Assembly (NCBI GenBank): GCA_965220855.1
Contig: CBDCQY010000001.1
Coordinates: 2,098,279-2,162,278, forward strand
Length of the DNA stretch: 64,000 bases
Direction of reading: 5' to 3'
DNA from: Alphaproteobacteria bacterium
Lineage (GTDB): Bacteria > Pseudomonadota > Alphaproteobacteria > Bin95
In this document: positions 22,092 through 31,901 of the stretch, piece by piece
Position numbering within the stretch: the stretch's first letter is position 1
Layout: every line of letters starts with the position of its first letter
Notes under the pieces: model-generated
Seen by the model: only the letters and a program-made list of their open reading frames with translations
The model's database searches: none
Told to the model about the DNA's origin: nothing
Made by a program: the position numbers and the translations under genes

Positions 22092-23171
22092 GTGCCGACG
22101 ATCCGCGAGGAGAAGCTGCGCGCCCTGGTGCGCGAGATTTGCGCCGCCGCCGGCAGCGCCGGCGACGAGCCGGCGGATGTCGCCGACAATCTGGTCTATG
22201 CCAATCTCACCGGCCATGACAGCCACGGCGTCGGCATGCTGCCGCGCTATGTGAAGGCGGTGCAGGCGGGCGAGCTTCGCCCCAATGTCGAGATCGACCT
22301 TGCGGTCGATGCCGGCTCCATGCTGGTGGTGGACGGCAAGGCGGGCTACGGGCAGTCGGTCGGCAAGCAGGCCATGGCGCTCGCCATCGCGCGCGCGAAG
22401 CAGCATGGCGTGTGCATCATGGCGATACGCCGGTCGTTCCATCTCTGCCGCATCGGCGCCTGGGGCGAGCAATGCGCGCGCGAGGGGCTGGTCTCGGTGC
22501 ATTATGTCAATGTCGTCGGCCATCCGGGGCTGGTGGCGCCCTGGCGCGGCTCGGACGCGCGCTACGCGACCAATCCCTATTGCATCACCATGCCGGCGAC
22601 CGGGAGCAATCCCGTGACGCAGCTCGACATGGCGACCAGCGTGGTGGCCCATGGCAAGGTCCGCGTCGCCCGCAACAAGGGCGAGCGGATGGCGCCCGGC
22701 GCGCTGATCGACAGCCGGGGCCGCCCGACCACCGACCCCAATGTCATGTTCGAGCAGCCGATGGGCGCGATCATGCCGTTCGCCGAACACAAGGGCTATG
22801 GCATGGCGCTGATGAGCGAGCTGATGGCGGGTGTGCTCTCCGGCGGCCGGACCTGCCGGCCGGAAACGCATCATGCGCAGGATACGATCCTGAACAATAT
22901 GCTCTCCATCGTCTTCGATCCGGCCCGGCTGGTGGCGCCGGAGTTCTACGATGCGGAGATGGACGCCACGCTCGCGCATGTGAAAGGCTCGCCGCCCGCC
23001 GACCCCGCGCTGCCGGTGCTGGCGCCGGGCGACCCCGAGCGCGCGAGCCACGCCGAGCGCAGCGCCAGCGGCATCCCGGTGGATGACGAGACCTGGCGCG
23101 AACTGGAGGCCGCGGCGCTCTCGGTCGGCATCGACGCGGCGGCGTTCCGCCGGCTCGCCGGGGTGAACTGA
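22092..23171 (+). CDS. Ldh_2-family (malate/L-lactate/L-sulfolactate dehydrogenase type 2) oxidoreductase
   Basis: GTG start at 22092, 5 nt after the mtnA stop, with GGGAG RBS; Ldh_2-like sequence (NLTGHDSHGVGMLPRY, ATNPYCI). Confidence 0.7.
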   Translation: MPTIREEKLRALVREICAAAGSAGDEPADVADNLVYANLTGHDSHGVGMLPRYVKAVQAGELRPNVEIDLAVDAGSMLVVDGKAGYGQSVGKQAMALAIARAKQHGVCIMAIRRSFHLCRIGAWGEQCAREGLVSVHYVNVVGHPGLVAPWRGSDARYATNPYCITMPATGSNPVTQLDMATSVVAHGKVRVARNKGERMAPGALIDSRGRPTTDPNVMFEQPMGAIMPFAEHKGYGMALMSELMAGVLSGGRTCRPETHHAQDTILNNMLSIVFDPARLVAPEFYDAEMDATLAHVKGSPPADPALPVLAPGDPERASHAERSASGIPVDDETWRELEAAALSVGIDAAAFRRLAGVN

Positions 23172-23186
23172 CCGCGCCGCCGGCGC

Positions 23187-24734
23187 TCAGGGCCGCATGC
23201 GGAAATAGCTGGGGCCGGTCTCGCGCAGCGGCGCGGCCAGATTGGCGAACTCGCAGAGCAGCGGGCGCGTATTGCGCGGATCGACGATCTCCTCGATCCA
23301 GAAGGTCTCCGCCGAGCGGAAGGGGGAGCGCAGCTTTTCCAGCCGCTCCTCGATCTCGGCGAGCTTGGCGTCGGGATCCTCGGCCGCATCCAGGTCGGCG
23401 CGGTAGGCGGCCTCGATGCCGCCCTCCAGCGGCAGCGAGCCCCAGAAGCCCGAGGGCCAGGCGTAGCGGTAGGAGAGCCGCCCGCCATTCTGATGCGCCG
23501 CGCCGGCCACGCCGAACACATTGCGCAGGATGACCGCGCACCAGGGGATGGTGGTCTGCCAGATCGCCGACATGGCCTCGACGCCATAGCGGATGGTGGC
23601 CTCGCGCTCGGACTTCGAGCCGATCAGGAAGCCAGGGCAATCGACCAGATAGACCATCGGCAGGTGGAAGGTCTGGGCCAGATCGACGAAGCGGCGCACC
23701 TTGCGGCAGGCGTCGGCGGTCCAGCCGCCGCCGAAGAAATAGGGATCGGAGGCCATGACCGCGACCGGCCAGCCGTCGAGCCGCGCAAAGCCGGTGGCGA
23801 CGGAGCGGCCCCATTCGCGCCCGAACTCGAAGAAGCTGCCGCGATCGACCACCGCCTCGACGATCGGGCGCACGCGATAGACCTTGCGCCGGTCGCGCGG
23901 CACGGCTTCCAGCAGCCATTCCTCCCGCCGGTCGGGGTCGTCGGTCGCTGGCCCGCGCTCGGCCAGCCCGTAAACCGAGGAGGGCAGATAGGAGAGGAAG
24001 CGCCGGGCGAGGTCGAAGGCGTGCTGCTCGCTGTCGGCGGCATAGTCGATGGCGCCGTTGCGGGCGTGGATCTTCCAGCCGCCCAGCTCCTGCTTGTCGA
24101 GGCTCTCGCCCAGGCGCTCGACCACCGGCGGGCCGGCGACGAACAGCGCCGCCTGCTCCTTGACCAGCACCGAGAAATGCGCCGCCGCCAGATGCGCCGC
24201 GCCGAGGCCCGCGACCGAGCCGAGGCCCAGCGCCACGCGCGGCACCGCGCCCATGTTCTCTACCACCCATTCCCAGCCCTTGACGCCCGGCACGTTGGAG
24301 CGGCCATCGGTCTCGATGGTCTTGACCGAGCCGCCGCCGCCGGAGCCTTCCACCATGCGCACCAGCGGCAGGCGCAGCTGGTTCGCCATCTGCTCGCACA
24401 TGATGTGCTTTTCCTTGATGGTCGCGTCGGCGGAGCCGCCGCGCACGGTGAAATCGTCGCCGCCGACGACTACCGGCCGCCCTTCGATGCGTGCGCGCCC
24501 GAACACGAAATTGGAGGGGAGCAGATGTTCGAGGTCGTTGCGACCGTCATAGCGCGCGAGGCCGGCGATGGCGCCGATCTCGTGAAAGCTGCCCTCATCG
24601 ACCAGGGCGGCGATGCGCTCGCGGACATTCATCCGTCCGCCGTCGCGCTGGCGCTTGACGCGCATCTCCCCGCCGAGGCGATAGGCGAAAGCCTCGCGCC
24701 GGCCGAGTTCGTCCAGTTCGGGCTGCCAGTTCAT
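23187..24734 (-). CDS. Acyl-CoA carboxylase carboxyltransferase (beta) subunit
   Basis: ~515 aa carboxyl-transferase domain protein (propionyl-CoA carboxylase beta-like); start at 24734 preferred because of AGGA/GGGA RBS. Confidence 0.8.
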   Translation of the reverse strand: MNWQPELDELGRREAFAYRLGGEMRVKRQRDGGRMNVRERIAALVDEGSFHEIGAIAGLARYDGRNDLEHLLPSNFVFGRARIEGRPVVVGGDDFTVRGGSADATIKEKHIMCEQMANQLRLPLVRMVEGSGGGGSVKTIETDGRSNVPGVKGWEWVVENMGAVPRVALGLGSVAGLGAAHLAAAHFSVLVKEQAALFVAGPPVVERLGESLDKQELGGWKIHARNGAIDYAADSEQHAFDLARRFLSYLPSSVYGLAERGPATDDPDRREEWLLEAVPRDRRKVYRVRPIVEAVVDRGSFFEFGREWGRSVATGFARLDGWPVAVMASDPYFFGGGWTADACRKVRRFVDLAQTFHLPMVYLVDCPGFLIGSKSEREATIRYGVEAMSAIWQTTIPWCAVILRNVFGVAGAAHQNGGRLSYRYAWPSGFWGSLPLEGGIEAAYRADLDAAEDPDAKLAEIEERLEKLRSPFRSAETFWIEEIVDPRNTRPLLCEFANLAAPLRETGPSYFRMRP

Positions 24735-24843
24735 TCCCGCATCCTTCATGCCGCTCCGTGCGGCTCATGCTAGAACGGTTCCGTCGCCGGGGGAACGCGC
24801 CAGCCGGGCGGCGCCTGTTCCCTTTGGCCGAGGGCCGTTGCCG

Positions 24844-25839
24844 TTGCGTCTCTTTCTCTATGCTCCCGACCGCGAGCGCCTCAGCCAGCGGCTTGCGGCC
24901 TTCCCGGAGCTGGATGTGCTCGCCATGGACGACGCCAGGGCGGTGCGCGACGGGCAGGGCCGGGCGGTGGATCGCCACGATGTGCGCCCGGCGCTCGCCT
25001 ACGCCTCCACCGACCTCTATACGCGCGGGCCGGTGCGCGCCTTTTTCGGCGTGCTGCGCCATGCCGATGCGCTTCGCTGGCTGCAATCCGGCGGCGCGGG
25101 GCACGACGCGCCGATCTTCCGCACGCTGGCGGAGCGCGGCGTCACGGTCTGCAACAGCAATGCGGCCGCGCCGGCGGTCGCCGACCATGTGCTGGCCGGC
25201 GTATTCGAGGCCTTTCACCCGATCGCCGAGCGCCGCGCACAGCAGCGCGGGCGGGAGTGGCGCCGGCTCGACTTTCGCGAGATCGCCGGCACGCGCTGGC
25301 TGATCGTCGGCCTCGGCCATATCGGCTCTGCGGTGGCCAGGCGCGCGCGGGGCTTCGATGCGCATGTGACGGGCTTGCGCCGCCATGCCGCCGGCGGTGA
25401 GCCGGTCGATGCCATGGCCGCGCCGGGCGAGCTTGCGCAACTGCTGCCGGAGGCCGATGTCGTGGTGCTGACCGCGCCGCTCACGCCCGAGACGCAGGGC
25501 CTGGTGGATGCGGCCTTCCTGGAGGCGATGAAGCCGGGTTCGGTGCTGGTGAATGTCGGGCGCGGCGGCCTGGTGGACGAGGCGGCGCTGCTGGCGGCGC
25601 TCGATCGCGGCAGGCCGGCGCACGCCGTGCTGGACGTCTTCGTCGAGGAGCCGCTGCCGGCCTGGAGCCGCTTCTGGTCGCACCCCCGCGTGCTGCTGAG
25701 CGCCCACTGCGCCGCCTCCTCCCCCGGCACGGTGCAGCGCAACGACGCCCTCTTCCTGGACAACCTCACCCGCTTCCTCAAGGGCGACCCCCTCCACCTC
25801 CAGGTCGCCCCCGCTCTGCTCACGGAGCGGGACGGGTAG
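24844..25839 (+). CDS. D-isomer-specific 2-hydroxyacid dehydrogenase (NAD-binding)
   Basis: GLGHIGSAVARRA Rossmann motif; start uncertain, TTG 24844 proposed (the ORF's ATG at 24748 is also possible). Confidence 0.6.
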   Translation: MRLFLYAPDRERLSQRLAAFPELDVLAMDDARAVRDGQGRAVDRHDVRPALAYASTDLYTRGPVRAFFGVLRHADALRWLQSGGAGHDAPIFRTLAERGVTVCNSNAAAPAVADHVLAGVFEAFHPIAERRAQQRGREWRRLDFREIAGTRWLIVGLGHIGSAVARRARGFDAHVTGLRRHAAGGEPVDAMAAPGELAQLLPEADVVVLTAPLTPETQGLVDAAFLEAMKPGSVLVNVGRGGLVDEAALLAALDRGRPAHAVLDVFVEEPLPAWSRFWSHPRVLLSAHCAASSPGTVQRNDALFLDNLTRFLKGDPLHLQVAPALLTERDG

Positions 25840-25849
25840 GGGAGGCGAT

Positions 25850-25940
25850 ATGCCGACTCTTCGGCTGTGAAAGTTCGATTTTCGATCTATATATAGATAA
25901 AATTTGCATGATATGTTCGATATTCGGGAGGAAGTGGATC
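25850..25940 (+). promoter_or_regulatory. AT-rich promoter/operator upstream of the XRE-ImmA regulator, with a 14-bp perfect palindrome ATCTATATATAGAT and a TTCGAT direct repeat
   Basis: ~35% GC island in a ~69% GC background; palindrome and repeats read directly from the sequence. Confidence 0.5.
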
Positions 25941-27179
25941 ATGGATGCGAAGGAACTGGGGGCGCGGTTGCGCTCGGCCCGGGAGTTGCGCGCTCTCAGC
26001 CAACAGGCGGCGGCCCTGGCCATGGACCTGCCCCGCACCGCGATCACGCAGCTTGAAGCCGGCAGGCGGTCCGTATCGACCCTCGAACTGACCCGGTTCG
26101 CCGAACTCTATCGGCTCTCTGTCTCCGACCTCCTGCGGGGAAAAGTCGGAGACGAAGACAAGGACGTCCTCGTGACCCTTTACCGTGCGGCGCCGGGGTT
26201 GGAAGACGATCCGCTTGTGCGCGAGGAGGTCACCCGGAACCTTCGCCTTTGTCGCGAGGGCGTTGTGCTCGAACGCTTGCTAGGCGCGAACTCCCGGTCT
26301 GGCCCTCCCAGCTACGAGATGCGGCGTCCCCGCTCACCGGGCGAGGCCGTGGCGCAGGGCGAGGAGGTAGCCGAGCAGGAGCGCCGCAGGCTCGGCCTTG
26401 GGAGTGCGCCGATCGCCGATATCTCGGAACTCATCGTCTCGCAGGGCGTCTGGGCGTCCAGCGTGTCATTTCCCGATGGCATGTCAGGATTGTTTCTGAG
26501 GCACCCTGACGTCGGCTTGGCCATTCTCGTGAACGCGCGCCATGTGAAAGGGCGGAAACGCTTTTCTTTTGCTCACGAATACGCGCACGCCCTTGTAGAC
26601 AGAAACGGCGTTGTTGCGATCTCCAGTGTCGACAACTCGTCGGATTTGGTTGAAACGCGCGCCAACGCCTTCGCTGCCGCCTTTCTCATGCCCGAGGATG
26701 GCATTCGCGCGTTTCTCCGGACCCATGACAAGGACCTTCCGGCCCGCCGGAAGCACGCTGTTTTCGAAGTAGCCGGCGGCGGTCGAATCGAAGCGGAGCT
26801 GCGCCCGTCGGCGCGCGCGCAACGCATAGCGTGCAAGGACAGCGCTCTGCTGGCGCATCGTTTCGGAGTCAGCTACCGGGCGGCGGTCTATCGGTTGAAG
26901 AGCCTTCGATATATTTCCGACCGCGAAAGTAAGGATCTGCTCGGACAGGAGCGCTTTGGGCGCCGCTATCTCAAGGAACTCGGTATGTTCGCCGATGTCG
27001 GCGAGCAGGAGGAGCAGCACTATCGGGACCGGGAACTCCGTAGCGAAGTAGCCCATCTCGCCATCGAGGCCTATCGTCGCGAAGAGATTTCCCGCGGCCG
27101 GCTGCTGGAACTGAGCGCCATTCTCGGCGTGACCGGCGACACCCTGCTGAGCCTCGGCGAGGCGGCGCGCGGCGAGTGA
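25941..27179 (+). CDS. XRE-family HTH fused to ImmA/IrrE (COG2856/DUF955) zinc-metallopeptidase regulator
   Basis: 412 aa; N-terminal XRE HTH (LRALSQQAAALAMDLPRTAITQLEAG), central HEXXH (FAHEYAHALV); [12 protein letters not shown]; lower GC than neighbours. Confidence 0.75.
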   Translation: MDAKELGARLRSARELRALSQQAAALAMDLPRTAITQLEAGRRSVSTLELTRFAELYRLSVSDLLRGKVGDEDKDVLVTLYRAAPGLEDDPLVREEVTRNLRLCREGVVLERLLGANSRSGPPSYEMRRPRSPGEAVAQGEEVAEQERRRLGLGSAPIADISELIVSQGVWASSVSFPDGMSGLFLRHPDVGLAILVNARHVKGRKRFSFAHEYAHALVDRNGVVAISSVDNSSDLVETRANAFAAAFLMPEDGIRAFLRTHDKDLPARRKHAVFEVAGGGRIEAELRPSARAQRIACKDSALLAHRFGVSYRAAVYRLKSLRYISDRESKDLLGQERFGRRYLKELGMFADVGEQEEQHYRDRELRSEVAHLAIEAYRREEISRGRLLELSAILGVTGDTLLSLGEAARGE

Positions 27180-27203
27180 CTGGAAGACCGGTTCCGGCAG
27201 CGG

Positions 27204-27584
27204 TCACGCAGGCTTGTCCGCCCCGTCGGCCGTCCAAACCGCAAGTTCGTGACCGTCCGGGTCGGTAAAGTGAAAGCGTCGTCCGCCGGGGAAGGAATAG
27301 GCCGGCTTCGCGATGCGTCCGCCGGCAGCCTCGATCCGGCGGCAGGTGTCGTCGAGGTCTTCGGCATACAGCACCACCAGCGGACCGCCCGATGCGGGGC
27401 CGTGTTGCTCCAGCGCATTGAAGCCACCTTTCATCCGCCCGTCGGTGAATTCGCTGTAGTCCGGGCCGTAATCGGTAAAGCTCCAGCCGAAGGCTTGGCC
27501 GTAGAACCGCTTCGATCGGCCGGTGTCGGCGACCGCAAACTCGACATAGTCGATATGGAAACGCCGCTCCGGCATGGGCGTCAC
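27204..27584 (-). CDS. VOC-family (glyoxalase/bleomycin resistance-like) protein
   Basis: 126 aa VOC fold sequence. Confidence 0.65.
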   Translation of the reverse strand: MTPMPERRFHIDYVEFAVADTGRSKRFYGQAFGWSFTDYGPDYSEFTDGRMKGGFNALEQHGPASGGPLVVLYAEDLDDTCRRIEAAGGRIAKPAYSFPGGRRFHFTDPDGHELAVWTADGADKPA

Positions 27585-28930
27585 GCCCGGCCATCGTCCC
27601 CCTCGGGCCGTACGCGGGTCATGAGGGCGAGGCCGGCGGCGAGGAGGATGAGGATGGGCACGACGCCGAGGCGCTGGCTGCCCGAGAGGTCCGTCGCCAG
27701 CGCGACCAGGAAGGGGGCGAGGAACGATGTGGCCTTGCCGGCGAGCGCGTAGATGCCGAACGCCTCGGCCATGCGCGCCTCGTCCGCCTGGTGCACCAGC
27801 ATGGTGCGCGAGGCCGCCTGCAGCGAGCCGGCCGTCGCCCCGATGACCGCGCCGCAGAGATAGAACGCCACCGCGGGCAGCGAGGAGGGCGCCTCCGGCG
27901 AGCCGACCGGGATGAACAGCACCTCATGCGGCGCGATGCTCATGATGGCCCCGGCGGTCAGGGTCAGCACCACCACATTGACGACGATGACCGGCTTCGG
28001 CCCCCGCCGGCTGTCCTCCAGCCCACCGTACCAGGAGCCGACCGCGCCGGAGATCAGGATCACCAGGCCGAAAATCCCGATCTGGAACAGGCTCCAGCCC
28101 AGCACGCCGCTGGCGTAGATGCCGCCGAAGATGGAGATGCCGAGCACCGCGTCGCGGTAGAGCATCGAGGCCAGCAGATAGGCGAGCAGGCTCGGGCGCT
28201 TCGGCAGGCCGGCGAGCGTCGCCCGGAGGCCCCGCAGGCCCTCGCGCACCGCGCCCGCCACGGCCGCCGGCTGGCGGGCCGCATCGGGCGACCAGAGGAA
28301 GAAGGGCAGCATGAAGACCAGATACCAGAGCGCCGAGAAAGGCCCGGCGGCCCGCGCGCCCTCGCCGGCGGCGGGGTCGAGGCCGAGGATCGGCGCGACG
28401 CCCAGCATGGTGCGCTCGGACCCCGGCGCCGGCGTCATCAGCCCCAGCACCAGGATGAGCGCCACCAGCCCGCCCCAATAGCCGAAGGCCCAGCCCGAGC
28501 CGGAGATGCGCCCCAGCTCGCCGCGCGGGCCGAGCTCCGGCAGCAGCGAGTTCACGAACACCGTGGCGAGTTCCACCCCGATCAGCGCCAGCACCACCAG
28601 CACCAGCACCGTGCGGGGGTCTTCGAGGCCGGGCGCCGCCGACCAGAGGCCGAACGCGCCCACCAGATAGAGCAGCGAGAACGCCACGATCCAGGGCTTG
28701 CGCGGCCCCTGCGCATCGGCGACCGAGCCCAGAACCGGAGCGGCCAGCGCCATCAGCACCGAGCCGATGGCGATCGCATAGCCCCAGATGGCCTGGCCCT
28801 CGACCGGATTGGCCGCCACCTGCGAGGCGAAATAGGGGCCGAAGACGAAGGTGATGATGACGGTGTGGAACGGCTGGCTGGCCCAGTCGAAGAACATCCA
28901 GCCCCAGATACCCTTGCGTCGGCTTGCCAT
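27581..28930 (-). CDS. MFS transporter, UMF1 family
   Basis: 449 aa; N-term WGWMFFDWASQPF motif typical of UMF1/Atg22-like MFS. Confidence 0.75.
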   Translation of the reverse strand: MASRRKGIWGWMFFDWASQPFHTVIITFVFGPYFASQVAANPVEGQAIWGYAIAIGSVLMALAAPVLGSVADAQGPRKPWIVAFSLLYLVGAFGLWSAAPGLEDPRTVLVLVVLALIGVELATVFVNSLLPELGPRGELGRISGSGWAFGYWGGLVALILVLGLMTPAPGSERTMLGVAPILGLDPAAGEGARAAGPFSALWYLVFMLPFFLWSPDAARQPAAVAGAVREGLRGLRATLAGLPKRPSLLAYLLASMLYRDAVLGISIFGGIYASGVLGWSLFQIGIFGLVILISGAVGSWYGGLEDSRRGPKPVIVVNVVVLTLTAGAIMSIAPHEVLFIPVGSPEAPSSLPAVAFYLCGAVIGATAGSLQAASRTMLVHQADEARMAEAFGIYALAGKATSFLAPFLVALATDLSGSQRLGVVPILILLAAGLALMTRVRPEGDDGRA

Positions 28931-28993
28931 GGCGCGCTCCCCCTTCGGCGGCTGCGCTCTTTCCCTAACCCGTTTTCGCCGCTGCCGAAAGTA

Positions 28994-30550
28994 TCAGCGC
29001 TTGCGCCCGGCGGCGCGCGCCAGCGCCCAGGCCGGCAGCAGCGCCAATACGAACAGCAGCGCCAGCGCCAGAAAGGCGTCCTGGAAGCTGAAGGCCGTCG
29101 CCTGGGCGCGCACCGCCTCGCCCAGCCAGGCGAGCGCGGCCTGGCGCAGCTGCGCGTCCGGCAACCCGGCCCCGTCCAGCAGCAGGCCGAGTCCGGCCAG
29201 CAGGTCCTGGAAGGTGGCGTTGTCCGGCGTCTGGGTGGCGGCCAGCGATTCGGAATGGCGGTAGAGCCGCGATTCCAGCACCAGCACGATGACGCCGGTG
29301 CCGAGGCCGCCGCCCAGCTGGCGGAAGAAGTTGATCGTGCCGCCGGCCTGGTTCAGCCGGTCCTGCGGCAGCGCCGAGAGGGCGGCGGTCATCAGCGCCG
29401 GGTTGATCCAGGCCATGCCGAAGCGGCTGACGCCGGCGAAGAAGGCGAGCGCCCAGTAGGGCGTGTTGGCGTCCGCGCCCGAAAGCAGCGCCGCGCCGGC
29501 GGCGAAGCAGAGCAGGCCGCCCATGATCGGGATGTAGGTCGGCGCGACATCGGAGGTCCGTCCGGTCAGCGGCAGCATGGCGACTACGAGCAGGCTCGCC
29601 GGCAGCAGCAGGATGCCGGCCTCGGTCGCCGTCTGGCCCTGCACCAGCTGGCCGAACACCGGGATGGCGTAGCTGGTGGCGAAATTGCCCGCGCCGAACA
29701 CGACCGCAATGGCGAGCGCGGCCGCGAACGCCCGGTTGCGCAAGAGCGCGAGGTCCAGCAGGGAGGAGCCGGGGCGCGTCTGCGAGAGAAGGAACAGCCC
29801 CCCGCAAGCCAGCCCGAGCACGGTCTGGAGCAGGATGGCGTCCGAGGTCCAGCCGAGCCGGAGCCCGGTGGAGAGCACCGACATGGTGCAGAACAGCGCC
29901 ACGCAGAGCGAGGCGTAGCCGGCCCAGTCGAAGCGCGGAAAGGGCGGGCGCGGGCGCTCCTGCGGCATGAACGCCATGCCGAGGAAGAAGGCGAGCGCCA
30001 CCAGCGGCAGCGAGATGACGAAGATATGCCGCCAGGAAAGCAGGTCGATGGTAATGCCGCCGACCACCGGCCCGAGGCCGAGCGCCAGCGCCAGCGCCAT
30101 GGTGTAGATGCCCATGGCCGTGCCGCGCCTCTCGGGCGGAAAGACCTGGAAGACGGTGACCATGACCAGCGGCTGCACGACGCCGGAGGCGAAGCCCTGG
30201 ATGATGCGCCCGGCGATGATGAAGTCGAGCGTCGGCCCGACGGCGGCCATCAGCCCGCCGAGGAAGAACAGCGCCAGCACCAGCAGGAAGGCGTGGCGCT
30301 GGCCGAGCCGGGCCACGAACCAGGCGTTCAGCAGCTGGCTCGCCGTCATGGCGACGATGAAGCCGGTGGTGAGCAGCTGCGCGCGGTCCTGCCCGACCCC
30401 GTAGGCGCCCATCACGTCCGGCACCGCCACGGCCACCACCGTGCCGGTCAGCACCATGGTGAAGGAGGCCGTCATGCCGGTGAGCGTCACCAGCCAGCGA
30501 TAGGCGGGGCCGAACCGGGCGTAGAGGGCGTCGAGGCTCTCGTCGCTCAA
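28994..30550 (-). CDS. MFS transporter, DHA2/EmrB family (14 TMS)
   Basis: ~519 aa multidrug-efflux-type MFS; start (TTG 30550) uncertain; the 5' extension of the ORF would overlap the upstream HDAC-like gene. Confidence 0.65.
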   Translation of the reverse strand: MSDESLDALYARFGPAYRWLVTLTGMTASFTMVLTGTVVAVAVPDVMGAYGVGQDRAQLLTTGFIVAMTASQLLNAWFVARLGQRHAFLLVLALFFLGGLMAAVGPTLDFIIAGRIIQGFASGVVQPLVMVTVFQVFPPERRGTAMGIYTMALALALGLGPVVGGITIDLLSWRHIFVISLPLVALAFFLGMAFMPQERPRPPFPRFDWAGYASLCVALFCTMSVLSTGLRLGWTSDAILLQTVLGLACGGLFLLSQTRPGSSLLDLALLRNRAFAAALAIAVVFGAGNFATSYAIPVFGQLVQGQTATEAGILLLPASLLVVAMLPLTGRTSDVAPTYIPIMGGLLCFAAGAALLSGADANTPYWALAFFAGVSRFGMAWINPALMTAALSALPQDRLNQAGGTINFFRQLGGGLGTGVIVLVLESRLYRHSESLAATQTPDNATFQDLLAGLGLLLDGAGLPDAQLRQAALAWLGEAVRAQATAFSFQDAFLALALLFVLALLPAWALARAAGRKR

Positions 30551-30572
30551 GGCAGGCGGCGGGCGCCGCCGG

Positions 30573-31601
30573 TCACGTCCGCGTCTCCCGGAACCCGTCG
30601 AGGAAGGCGGTGAGGTTGGCGCCCAGCGCCTCCACCGCATAGCCGCCCTCCTGCACCAGCACGGTCGGCAGCCCAAGCGCGCCGAGGCGGCGGCCGATCT
30701 CGCCGAAGCCGGGCGTGGTCACGCGCAGCACGCCGATGGGGTCGTGTTCGAAGGCGTCGAAGCCGGTCGAGACCAGCAGCGCCTCGGGCGCGAAATGCCG
30801 CAACGCGGCGATCCCCCGGTCGAGCGCCGCCAGGAAGGCCGCGTCGTCTGCGCCCGGCGGCAGCGGCAGGTTGAGCGTGTAGCCCCGGCCGTCGCCTTCG
30901 CCGATCTCGTGCGCATAGCCGGCGAAGAAGGGGAAATAGTCCGCCGGGTCGCCATGCAGCGAGACGAACAGCACGTCGCGCCGGCGATAGAAGATGTGCT
31001 GCGTGCCGTTGCCGTGATGGACGTCGAAATCGAGGATCGCCACGCGGTCCCGCTCGCGGCGCATATAGTCGGCGGCGATGGCGATATTGTTGAGATAGCA
31101 GAAGCCGCCGGCGAGGTCCGAGAAGGCGTGATGGCCGGGCGGGCGGCAGAGCGCATAGGCGCTGTCTTCGCCGTCGAGCACCAGGCGCGCGGCGTGGGTG
31201 GCGGCGTGGGCGGCGGCGGTTGCGGCCGCCCAGGTGCCCTCGACGATCGGCGCGCTGCCGGTGGCGATGTAATAGCCGGCCTGCCCGGCGACGCCGGTCG
31301 GGCGGCCCTGCATGTGGCGGCCGGGATGGGCGTAGGGATAGACGACGGGCGTCGGCGCCGGCAGTTCCTGCCAGCGCGCCCAGGCGGTCTCCAGAAAAGC
31401 GAGATAGCCGGGGTCGTGGACGGCGGCCCTCGGCCCCGCGCCATAGTCGGGCGGTTCGACCGGCTCATGCCCGCCGGCCCGGATCGCCGCCAGCAGGGCG
31501 TCGGCCCGCTCCGCGATCTCCCAATGGGGCACGGCCGTCCCCCGGCTCAGAATCGAGGGCGGCCGGTGGCGCTCATGCGCCGGCGTATAGACGGTCTTCA
31601 C
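30573..31601 (-). CDS. Histone deacetylase-family protein (acetoin utilisation/acetylpolyamine amidohydrolase-like)
   Basis: 342 aa; HDAC-family Zn-binding residues (DFDVHHGNGTQ, GGYCYLN-like). Confidence 0.8.
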   Translation of the reverse strand: MKTVYTPAHERHRPPSILSRGTAVPHWEIAERADALLAAIRAGGHEPVEPPDYGAGPRAAVHDPGYLAFLETAWARWQELPAPTPVVYPYAHPGRHMQGRPTGVAGQAGYYIATGSAPIVEGTWAAATAAAHAATHAARLVLDGEDSAYALCRPPGHHAFSDLAGGFCYLNNIAIAADYMRRERDRVAILDFDVHHGNGTQHIFYRRRDVLFVSLHGDPADYFPFFAGYAHEIGEGDGRGYTLNLPLPPGADDAAFLAALDRGIAALRHFAPEALLVSTGFDAFEHDPIGVLRVTTPGFGEIGRRLGALGLPTVLVQEGGYAVEALGANLTAFLDGFRETRT

Positions 31602-31664
31602 AGCATCGCTCCTCCCCGCAAACGGTAGCAGCGGGCAGGCAGACTGTCGAACGAGGGCCGGCGG

Positions 31665-31901
31665 TCATCGCTCGAATGCCGAGCGGGGCAGGCCGGATTG
31701 CCGGATGATCGACATGAGCGTGCCGGGGCGTAGCTCCGAGTGATCCGGTACGGGAACGGTTATCGATCCCTCGGGGCCGGTCTTCTGCATCGCGACATGG
31801 CTCCCGCGCCGCCGCACTTCCCTGAAGCCGTGCGCCTCGAGGATGCGGCAGACCGCTCGGCCCGAAAGCACGCGCAGTCTAGCCAACCGCGACCTCGACA
31901 T
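31665..31901 (-). CDS. hicA: Type II toxin-antitoxin toxin HicA (mRNA interferase)
   Basis: 78 aa; YcfA/HicA-like sequence with conserved GSH motif (RRRGSHVAMQK). Confidence 0.75.
   Translation of the reverse strand: MSRSRLARLRVLSGRAVCRILEAHGFREVRRRGSHVAMQKTGPEGSITVPVPDHSELRPGTLMSIIRQSGLPRSAFER

Noticed and set aside
27791-30613. 940-aa plus-strand ORF
   Set aside because: Antisense to two MFS transporter genes. Extremely Arg/Gly/Asp-rich low-complexity translation.
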